The position numbers were made by a program, and so were the translations under genes. Positions 1-6,187 of a DNA stretch of 8,343 bases are shown piece after piece. The notes beneath the pieces are model-generated. The model did not search any database. It had not been told where the DNA came from and saw nothing but the letters and a program-made list of their open reading frames with translations. This DNA comes from a virus. The DNA is taken from the IMG/VR virus record IMGVR_UViG_3300025343_000001, one strand, 5' to 3'. Position 1 is the first letter of the stretch; each line of letters begins with the position of its first letter.

Positions 1-127
1 AAGATGCGGTGGCAACTGCAACACCGATGTTTGACACAGGGACCGTGCGATAGAGCGGCGTCTGCACGTTCTATTCGCTGGTTGAACCGAGTCGAAATGA
101 TGTTGATGGCGATTAACATATTCGCTG
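1..127. repeat. Terminal direct repeat, left copy (exact 127-bp match to 8217..8343); signature of a circular molecule linearised with overlap
   Basis: Direct comparison of both window ends: 127/127 identical, and the repeat abuts both window edges. Implied unit length 8,216 bp. Confidence 0.95.
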
Positions 128-137
128 TTGCGAATAT
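118..137. promoter_or_regulatory. Perfect 8-bp inverted repeat (atattcgc / gcgaatat) with 4-nt loop tgtt, in the main non-coding region
   Basis: Stem 118..125 pairs with 130..137. It sits at the start codon (117..119) of the first small Cys-rich ORF in circular coordinates and at the edge of the terminal repeat. Confidence 0.4.
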
Positions 138-350
138 CAAGCCGGTTGATTTGAACCCCTGATTGATCATGTAGAGACCGGGCATCGCGAATAGAAACGC
201 AACTGCAACAGCTCGCATTATCACCCACGAATGTGAAGTCCACGGTTCGACCGGGGAGGTCGAGCGGATCACGACTAGATCGACAAAGCGGTCGATCGGG
301 TTCGTGGGTGTGTCATATTTGGAACTCATAATGTGAGGTTCGAGGGAGGG

Positions 351-752
351 TTACCGAACAGCGACACCCCAGGCGACGACGGTCGCGAGGAACGCGACGA
401 TCGGGCCGAGGTTGCTGCTAGTGTTGATAACGTCGGCGACCTGGGGAACGTACTGGTAGCTCGCGATGATGACCGGGCCGAGAGCGATCGCGACCTGTTC
501 CCACTGCTCGTAACTGTCAAACTGCTTAGTCTCACTGCTGGCGAAGGCAATCGCGTAGGCGCCCAGGGAGATGAATGTGGCGTGTTCGGCGGTGAGCGTG
601 TAGTCGATCCACGTCAGCAGCACCTCCGAGATCCCGCCGAACTGGTAGAGCCCGGCGATGATGAACACGACTGACAGCAGCGCGGGAAGCGTCCGCAGGT
701 GAGTGTAATCCGAGAGGACGTTGCCCATCGAGTTTGAGTAGGACGACGCCAT
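351..752 (-). CDS. Small integral membrane protein, about 4 predicted TM helices (possible virion internal membrane protein, VP3-like)
   Basis: 133-aa ORF with four hydrophobic stretches (LPALLSVVFIIAGLY, ATFISLGAYAIAFA, VAIALGPVIIASY, LGPIVAFLATVVAWGVAV). Its ATG overlaps the upstream stop as ATGA at 752. The membrane-protein call is from sequence; the VP3 analogy rests on gene order only. Confidence 0.6.
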   Translation of the reverse strand: MASSYSNSMGNVLSDYTHLRTLPALLSVVFIIAGLYQFGGISEVLLTWIDYTLTAEHATFISLGAYAIAFASSETKQFDSYEQWEQVAIALGPVIIASYQYVPQVADVINTSSNLGPIVAFLATVVAWGVAVR

Positions 753-1099
753 CAGGAGTCACCCTGAATCTTGCAGAAGGTGGGAAGGTAGTTCCCGCCG
801 TCGTCCAGCTCCTGCTCTTCGACACCACGGGCGATCCAGGCGGTATCACCAAGTTGGAGGTTGCCCTGCTTGAGCGCAGTCTTCACCTCATCTTTGGCGA
901 AATAGTCCACGACACCACGGTCTTTGTCCTTGATTGTGAGGCGGAACCACGGACCGTATTCGCTTTCCCCTTCGGTGATATCGAGGACAAACCCGACCAG
1001 CGTTTCACCAGGAGAAAGTTCGATTGCTTCCGATCCATCCGACGTAGGCGCGGCGGCATCAATGAAGCCGTCCGGCGCGGTTGGCGTTTCACTCGACAT
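752..1099 (-). CDS. Hypothetical small acidic protein (116 aa from the ATG at 1099; the ORF is open back to an ATG at 1183)
   Basis: ORF 752..1183 on the minus strand. The internal ATG at 1099 is preferred because codons upstream of it run through an AT-rich promoter-like island. No recognisable motif. ATGA coupling to the downstream membrane protein gene. Confidence 0.5.
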   Translation of the reverse strand: MSSETPTAPDGFIDAAAPTSDGSEAIELSPGETLVGFVLDITEGESEYGPWFRLTIKDKDRGVVDYFAKDEVKTALKQGNLQLGDTAWIARGVEEQELDDGGNYLPTFCKIQGDS

Positions 1100-1195
1100 T
1101 GCAATTACAAATGTGAACGATTTGCATATAAAGCATGAACCTGTGCGGAGTGAAAGTAAAACCCAGAACCAGCAGCACACCATGATTTATTATAT
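1100..1195 (-). promoter_or_regulatory. AT-rich promoter-like island between the replication gene stop and the small acidic protein gene
   Basis: Only strongly AT-rich stretch in this part of the window. On the minus strand it carries TATA-like elements (ccatataaatataataaatc near 1185..1204, ctttatatgc about 25-35 nt upstream of the ATG at 1099) and a short T-rich run after the upstream stop. Archaeal TATA and leaderless-mRNA logic is established knowledge; the assignment here is inference. Confidence 0.4.
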
Positions 1196-3229
1196 TTATA
1201 TGGTACTTTTGACTGTAGATCGGATTTCGTCGAGCGCGGACGGTGGGAGCATGAGCTGGCCAGCGATGGAGATAGGCGAAGTCTCGCCAGTAGTCTCAAC
1301 CAGCTCCCTAATCGCAACCAGCTCGCGTTCACCGAGTTTCGGTTCGGGTGACGACTGTCTCTCGAATCGGGTAGTGTACCAGTTATCAGACCACTGCTTT
1401 GGTGTCAACCGACGATCTGCGTGAACAGTTTCGCACCACTCGCGAGCGACCAGCTCCGGCGGGGGAACTCGACCGGAGCGAACATCAGATTCGTCGAAGA
1501 ACGACGGGTTTTCCCAGGGTTCCGGCCCTTCGAGGGAAGAGGATAGCGGGAGATACGGAAAGTCGGTTTTATCCATTATCGAGCCGGCTCCCTCAACGAC
1601 GATCGTGCCGTAGGCCGTAGCACCGGGAGATCCGATTTCGGTCACTTCCTCTGTTGAGAGCTGAACAACAGCATCAGGTGACCATTCGGGTTCCCGATCG
1701 AATCCATCTCGTTTCGTTTCAGCAGGTGGAGCTTCAGCAGAATCAGGTATCGGTACCTCTGCTGAAACCGTATGATTCGGAGATTCGGTTTCAGTGGCAC
1801 AGAGGGGACAGGTATCTGGTTCGGCGTGGCCACACCGTCGAAGGCGTGTCTCAGAACCGATCGACCCGGCCGATCGAGCCGAAGGCCACCGTTCTGCAAG
1901 TGTTTGAGGGATCTCATCAGTCTCTTCCTGGTCATCTGCAGATTGAGACAGACGGAAGCGTGCAAGCGACGACTCAGATTGATCGATACCGTGAGGGGAC
2001 CCGCACTCCGCGCATTCGTAGGTGAGTCCCGGTCTTGAAGAACGGACGATTGAATCGCCATGTTCAACAATCTGACCGGTTTGGGAGTCGAGATACTGTT
2101 GTTGACAGGCATCGGCTTTGACAGCCGCCGTTGCCCACCGCGAGCGGCTGTATTTCTGTGTCGTCGTCGACCATTGAGAGGCGGCCCAAATTAAATACTC
2201 GTCCGAACGCTCAAGGAGGTCTTGGTCCGGATCGACGGCGACATATTCGGAGACGTAGGACGCGAAGTCCTGAATCTCGTCGTCTTTGCGCACAGTCACT
2301 GCACGATCCATATCGTGTGCAGACCAAGCGGCGCCCTCACACTCAGAGACGTGTTTCGCGACGACCGGACGGTAAGTCTCTGGGTCAGTTGCGACACTCG
2401 TGGAGATCGCAGCTGCATCGAGGATAACGACGGGATGGCTGTGAGAATAGCCCGTCGCGTCTTCCTGTGGGCCGGGATGGGGTTCGGACTGCCAGTGCCA
2501 GACGTATTCACCGGACGAGAGTCCGAGTTTGTCCTCAAGAACATAGCGAAGCGTTCGTTTCACCGAATTTGAAGAACCTGACCACGCATCACGAATCCCC
2601 CGATCGTGATCAGCTATCGGACGAAACGACCCATCGTCCTCAAGCGACGAGGCGGTCAGACCGAACAAAACCGTAACGGGCTCGGAGAACTCGGGTTCGC
2701 AAGTATGTCCCCTCGGATATTCTCCACCCATAAACTGACGCTCTAAAGCCTTGAGACGTGCGTACTGGGCAGTCTGATACGACGGGGTGAGACTGTTGTC
2801 CATATCGATCAAGAACGATTCGTAGTCGTTCCGGACCTCGGAGCCGCGAGCCATCCGAAGAAACTTGTCGCGATATCCTTCGTACCATTCAAGCATTTCC
2901 TGAATGCCAGCGATCAGCGGGAGAGACCCACGCGAAACGGTTTCCTCGATCTTTTTCTCTTCGGTTTCGCCAATTTCAACGACCCGAGTGACCGTCTCAG
3001 GCTCCTCAAGTACCTCTTCGCGAAGTTTCCGACCGTGGACGGTGGAGATAGGTTCGAAGACGCGATCTCCGTACCGTTCGATAATTCCAGAGATCCGTTC
3101 TTCAACGGTCGGGAGACCGGAAGGACGGAAAGATAGTTCTGGTGACTCAGGGCCTGTATCGGTCGACGCGGGGTTAGTCACGTTGGATAGCCAAGCCGCA
3201 TCCGCATCGGCTTCCCGCGGCGAGCTCAT
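1196..3229 (-). CDS. Putative replication initiation protein, 677 aa, with an HUH-like motif and a Cys4 zinc-ribbon-like region
   Basis: Longest ORF in the window. HSHPVVIL (codons at 2420..2443) fits the HUH motif 2 of rolling-circle Rep proteins. Upstream VLFGLT (about 2654..2671) is a weak motif-1 candidate; downstream tyrosines YRPVVAK and YVSEY (about 2243..2257) are motif-3 candidates. CAEC ... CGH ... CPLC lies at about 1799..2014. No Walker A motif. The function is inferred from motifs only. Confidence 0.5.
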   Translation of the reverse strand: MSSPREADADAAWLSNVTNPASTDTGPESPELSFRPSGLPTVEERISGIIERYGDRVFEPISTVHGRKLREEVLEEPETVTRVVEIGETEEKKIEETVSRGSLPLIAGIQEMLEWYEGYRDKFLRMARGSEVRNDYESFLIDMDNSLTPSYQTAQYARLKALERQFMGGEYPRGHTCEPEFSEPVTVLFGLTASSLEDDGSFRPIADHDRGIRDAWSGSSNSVKRTLRYVLEDKLGLSSGEYVWHWQSEPHPGPQEDATGYSHSHPVVILDAAAISTSVATDPETYRPVVAKHVSECEGAAWSAHDMDRAVTVRKDDEIQDFASYVSEYVAVDPDQDLLERSDEYLIWAASQWSTTTQKYSRSRWATAAVKADACQQQYLDSQTGQIVEHGDSIVRSSRPGLTYECAECGSPHGIDQSESSLARFRLSQSADDQEETDEIPQTLAERWPSARSAGSIGSETRLRRCGHAEPDTCPLCATETESPNHTVSAEVPIPDSAEAPPAETKRDGFDREPEWSPDAVVQLSTEEVTEIGSPGATAYGTIVVEGAGSIMDKTDFPYLPLSSSLEGPEPWENPSFFDESDVRSGRVPPPELVAREWCETVHADRRLTPKQWSDNWYTTRFERQSSPEPKLGERELVAIRELVETTGETSPISIAGQLMLPPSALDEIRSTVKSTI

Positions 3230-3254
3230 CGGTCACCTGCAGTCGACTCCATGT

Positions 3255-3671
3255 TCACAGAAACCGCCCCCGCCCAGCAGACTCGGAGAGGCCCGGCCCA
3301 AGGCCGGGTGCGGCGACAGAGTCGCCGGTCGGGTCAGCCCCCCGTTGAAGGGGGGCTGCTTCCGCCCGTGATTGCGACGGCGATTGGCGCTCGCCGTCGC
3401 TTCCGCCACCGCCACTCGTTTGGCGAGCTTCGGTCGCCTGTGAGCGGTCGGCGCAGCTAGATCCGCGTTCGAGGCAGTCGAGCGCGTGGCCGTATTCGAT
3501 TCCCGTGGTCAGGTTGCTGGTACATCTCTGTCCGCAGACAGGACACCAGAATTCACCCGGGCCGTCAGCGGTGAGATGAGAGTTGGAGTTAGAACGGGAA
3601 CCGAGAGTCGCGTCGCTGGAGAGATCATCTAGATCGGCGTCCTCGACGAAGTCGGAGAGATCGTCGTCCAT
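3255..3671 (-). CDS. Small zinc-finger protein with acidic N-terminus (138 aa from the ATG at 3671; the ORF is open back to 3794)
   Basis: ORF 3255..3794. The ATG at 3671 is preferred because upstream codons cross the AT-rich promoter island and hairpins. Contains CPVCGQRC ... H ... C ... C (CxxC plus His/Cys). N-terminus MDDDLSDFVEDADLDDL is encoded by the 48-bp repeat. Confidence 0.5.
   Translation of the reverse strand: MDDDLSDFVEDADLDDLSSDATLGSRSNSNSHLTADGPGEFWCPVCGQRCTSNLTTGIEYGHALDCLERGSSCADRSQATEARQTSGGGGSDGERQSPSQSRAEAAPLQRGADPTGDSVAAPGLGPGLSESAGRGRFL
3292..3357. promoter_or_regulatory. Cluster of three consecutive perfect GC-rich hairpins just upstream of the replication gene start (candidate origin or operator)
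   Basis: Hairpin 1: cccggcc/ggccggg, 7-bp stem, loop caa (3292..3308). Hairpin 2: cggcgac/gtcgccg, 7-bp stem, loop aga (3311..3327). Hairpin 3: agcccccc/ggggggct, 8-bp stem, loop gttgaa (3336..3357). It overlaps the 3' end of the zinc-finger ORF. Confidence 0.4.
3621..3668. repeat. 48-bp imperfect direct repeat, copy A (43/48 identical to 4903..4950); encodes acidic motif DDDLSDFVEDADLDDL
   Basis: Manual alignment of gagatcAtctagatcggCgtcctcgacgaAgtcggagagAtcgtcgTc against copy B gives 5 mismatches. Contains tctagatcgg. Confidence 0.85.
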
Positions 3672-3735
3672 GACGAAATTAATTCTAGGGAGATACAACA
3701 TATATGTTTTGGTCTGTGATAGCAGTGTTGACACT
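3672..3735 (-). promoter_or_regulatory. AT-rich promoter-like island upstream of the zinc-finger and replication gene pair
   Basis: Minus strand reads aaaacatatatgttgtatctccctagaattaatttcgtc immediately before the ATG at 3671. A TATA-like element sits about 25-35 nt upstream of the start codon, consistent with a leaderless transcript. Confidence 0.4.
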
Positions 3736-3751
3736 AAGGGTATTGTAAGCC

Positions 3752-3812
3752 GCGCGGCCCCCCACAAGGAGGGGCCGCGCAGGCTGCCGCCCACTGAAAA
3801 GGGTGGGTGGGT
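3752..3812 (-). terminator. Hairpin plus T-tract terminator-like structure downstream of the NTPase gene
   Basis: Perfect 10-bp GC stem gcgcggcccc/ggggccgcgc (3752..3761 with 3771..3780, 9-nt loop), followed by a second shorter hairpin cccac/gtggg whose loop on the coding strand contains TTTT. It lies directly after the NTPase stop and before the promoter-like island. Confidence 0.4.
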
Positions 3813-3860
3813 CGGTGAGTGGAGAACCGTGTTTAGATGTGATTATCGGACGAATTATGA

Positions 3861-4817
3861 CTATGCCGGTCCACGGTCGCGAAGCTCATCAAGAAGATCG
3901 GGCCAGTCGAGGTCGAGTGCGAATAGGTCGGGTTCGAGGTTCCAGTCCCACGGCGCCGCGTCATTCGGGTCCGGTTCCGCGGTGGCAGGTTCGAGATTTT
4001 CCAGGGACCCGCCGAACAGCTGATCGGTAGGCTTGTCGGCATCAGCAGGCCAGTTTTCGAAGAAGTCGACTTCCTTCTTTGAGTGTTTGAAGTACGCGGT
4101 CGTGAACAGCCGCTTCAGCTCAGGGTGACAGTCCTTGCCCGTGTGGAACACCGTGCCGAACACGTCGACGTTGACCTTCGCCATCCGCTTGGCGAGCGGC
4201 GAGAATTGCGCCGCGACCTCGTAGGAGTTAGTTCGAGCATCGAAGTGAGTCGACCCCTCATCGATGAAGACGAACTTCGGCCGATCGCGATGTTTGATGC
4301 AGGTGACTGCGAGGTCGTGTGCGCTGGTAACGACCTTGTCCGTGAGCGGCCAGGTCCGCGAGTTAGATATGACAAGGAGATCGTCGACGGTCGCGGAACG
4401 GAGCTCGGCAAGCAACGACATCAGGTTCGTCTTGCCCGTGTTCGGGTTACCGCAGCCACCGATGAACGCGGTCGCGTCATTGTTGGTCATCATGTCGTCG
4501 AGCCGCAGCGGGAGACGCAGCGCCGAGGCGTCGAGGTCCTGCTCAGTGATACCGACCAAATGTGAGAGCAACAAGGAGTTACCAGAATGGATCGCTTCGG
4601 ACGCCTGCCGGGACTGCTGGGTCCGATCGACGAGGGACAGCAGCTCGGAGTGCCCGGACACGTCGGGATCAATATCGTCGAGGAACACAGAGGCAGCCAC
4701 ATCGTCGGGAGCGAGTGCACCCGCACCGGAGGCGAGGTTTCGGTCCGTATCGATGTTCCCGGCCAGCTGTTCGGCGAGCTTCGCCGCGGTCAGCATCCCC
4801 TCATCGGAATCACCCAT
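3861..4817 (-). CDS. P-loop NTPase (Walker A GNPNTGKT, Walker B FVFIDE); candidate virion-associated ATPase
   Basis: 318-aa ORF. Walker A is encoded at 4428..4451 (checked by reverse-complement translation) and Walker B about 50 residues later at about 4257..4274. Start overlaps the upstream gene by 8 nt. Confidence 0.8.
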   Translation of the reverse strand: MGDSDEGMLTAAKLAEQLAGNIDTDRNLASGAGALAPDDVAASVFLDDIDPDVSGHSELLSLVDRTQQSRQASEAIHSGNSLLLSHLVGITEQDLDASALRLPLRLDDMMTNNDATAFIGGCGNPNTGKTNLMSLLAELRSATVDDLLVISNSRTWPLTDKVVTSAHDLAVTCIKHRDRPKFVFIDEGSTHFDARTNSYEVAAQFSPLAKRMAKVNVDVFGTVFHTGKDCHPELKRLFTTAYFKHSKKEVDFFENWPADADKPTDQLFGGSLENLEPATAEPDPNDAAPWDWNLEPDLFALDLDWPDLLDELRDRGPA

Positions 4818-5652
4818 CGGCGGACACCTCCGGTTTCTCTACGTGGCCGTTCCGATCAGTAGCGGGCTCGGGCTCCGAAAAGTCGAACCCGGACTTGTGG
4901 TCGAGATCGTCTAGATCGGAGTCCTCGACGAGGTCGGAGAGGTCGTCGCCGGAGTCGTCAGCCAGTCCGAACTCCTCAAGTTCCTGGTCGATCGCACGGC
5001 CGAGTCCGTCGCCCGAGTCGGGGAGCGAGCCGTCCTCGAACAACTCGACGACGCGCTCAACGGTGTTGCGGGTGGCGCGGCGGACGACCGTGAACGCGGA
5101 GGTTTCGAGGATGAATCCGCGCTGGGCGTCTTCCTGGAGTTGGCCGCGGCATTCGTGGACCGCACGAAGGGCACGGGTAAGCTCCCGATCGTCAAGCGTG
5201 CCGCGCCAGGTTCCTACGACGGTCATGTCTTCTAGGTCGACCTGTTTTGAGACGTAGAGGTTCGGGGACAGTTGGGTGATGTCGTAGGAGGTGTTGATGA
5301 ACCCGTCGTCGTCGAGAACGTCCATTTCGCGGAAGTCCTCGGGCGGGAGTCGGTAGATACCGCCGTCGAGTACGCGGGCATCGAGGTCGATCAGCCAGAC
5401 AAACGAGGGGTTGTAGAGCCAGCTAACGACCTTCGAGCCGGTCCACCAGCCGAGAGGCGTCGCGAACAACGCGGCGAATCCGGCGATGCGCCAGAAGCGG
5501 GGAATCGATGCGTCGAAGCCAGCGACCATCGCGACGATCGTGGTGACGACAGACAGCACGATCAGCTGGGGAACGCGAGCGCGGGCCCAGTCGAGTAGGT
5601 CCAGGTGAGCGGGCTGTTCGTCTCGGGTCGAAGGTGGGTCATGCTGAGTCAT
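4810..5652 (-). CDS. Membrane protein with two N-terminal TM helices and a long acidic C-terminal domain
   Basis: 280-aa ORF with hydrophobic segments VPQLIVLSVVTTIVAMVAGF and IAGFAALFATPLGWWTGSKVVSWL. ATGA start/stop overlap with the upstream gene at 5649..5652. C-terminus carries the acidic DDLSDLVEDSDLDDL motif encoded by the 48-bp repeat. Confidence 0.65.
   Translation of the reverse strand: MTQHDPPSTRDEQPAHLDLLDWARARVPQLIVLSVVTTIVAMVAGFDASIPRFWRIAGFAALFATPLGWWTGSKVVSWLYNPSFVWLIDLDARVLDGGIYRLPPEDFREMDVLDDDGFINTSYDITQLSPNLYVSKQVDLEDMTVVGTWRGTLDDRELTRALRAVHECRGQLQEDAQRGFILETSAFTVVRRATRNTVERVVELFEDGSLPDSGDGLGRAIDQELEEFGLADDSGDDLSDLVEDSDLDDLDHKSGFDFSEPEPATDRNGHVEKPEVSADG
4903..4950. repeat. 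48-bp imperfect direct repeat, copy B; encodes acidic motif DDLSDLVEDSDLDDL near the C-terminus of the 2-TM membrane protein
   Basis: gagatcGtctagatcggAgtcctcgacgaGgtcggagagGtcgtcgCc. Same reading frame and peptide register as copy A, but in a different gene. Confidence 0.85.
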
Positions 5653-6182
5653 GCTATTCTCTCGGGTTGTTCAACGCGACCGTAGACGCGGCGAGCGACG
5701 AGATACAGCGTGGTGAGAGCGACACCGAGCGCGGCGCCGACCCCAGCAGCTTGTGAGTCCGAAGCAGTGAACGGGCCGGCGACGATCGTCGAAGAGGTTT
5801 CGAGCGGGACGCCGTACAGTGTGGTTCCGTCGTCGACGGTGACTCCAGCGCGCCCGTCCGAAGAGACGACACGCATGCGGATTTCGGTCTTCCCATCGAC
5901 GATGAAGCTCTGTCTGTTAAGTTCGCGCGGTTCGCGGAGTACAACGGCCTCAGTGACGGTGACGCGATCGCGGGTGTCAGAGTCGAGGACCAGGACGGCT
6001 TCACCGTTGACGAAGTCAGAGGAACAGAGCCGAAGAGTCGGCGTTATCTCTTGTGAACAGGTTTCGGGCTGTTCCACGTCGGTCGGGTTCTCAACGGTCG
6101 CGTTCGGGGAGTCTTGAGCGGCGACAGATCCGGTCAGGGACACCACTATCACGAGAGCGATTAGGAAAGATCGAGGGAGCAT
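5649..6182 (-). CDS. Secreted type-I membrane protein with signal peptide and C-terminal TM anchor (177 aa from the ATG at 6182; the ORF is open back to 6356)
   Basis: From the ATG at 6182: MLPRSFLIALVIVVSLTGSVAAQDS is signal-peptide-like, and the C-terminus has AAGVGAALGVALTTLYLVARR followed by basic residues. The extension to 6356 encodes an Arg-rich stretch overlapping the spike gene in another frame and is probably not translated. Confidence 0.6.
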   Translation of the reverse strand: MLPRSFLIALVIVVSLTGSVAAQDSPNATVENPTDVEQPETCSQEITPTLRLCSSDFVNGEAVLVLDSDTRDRVTVTEAVVLREPRELNRQSFIVDGKTEIRMRVVSSDGRAGVTVDDGTTLYGVPLETSSTIVAGPFTASDSQAAGVGAALGVALTTLYLVARRVYGRVEQPERIA

Positions 6183-6187
6183 GGTTG

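Noticed and set aside
12-210. 12-mer direct repeat gcaactgcaaca at 12..23 and 199..210
   Set aside because: A single exact 12-mer pair is about what chance predicts for an 8-kb sequence. It is kept only as context for the non-coding region, not as an independent feature.
477-483. Heptamer gccgaga (reverse complement tctcggc), which I recall as the nick-site core of some haloarchaeal rolling-circle plasmids; a second copy lies at about 5449..5455
   Set aside because: A 7-mer is expected about once by chance in 8 kb on two strands. Both copies lie inside coding sequence away from hairpins. My recollection of the consensus is itself uncertain.
3215-3247. Cluster of 6-bp palindromes resembling restriction sites (ccgcgg, gagctc, ctgcag, gtcgac) at the replication gene start, superficially like a cloning polylinker
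   Set aside because: The order and spacing do not match any standard vector polylinker I can recall, flanking sequence is ordinary coding DNA, and GC-rich palindromes are common in such genomes. Not treated as vector contamination.
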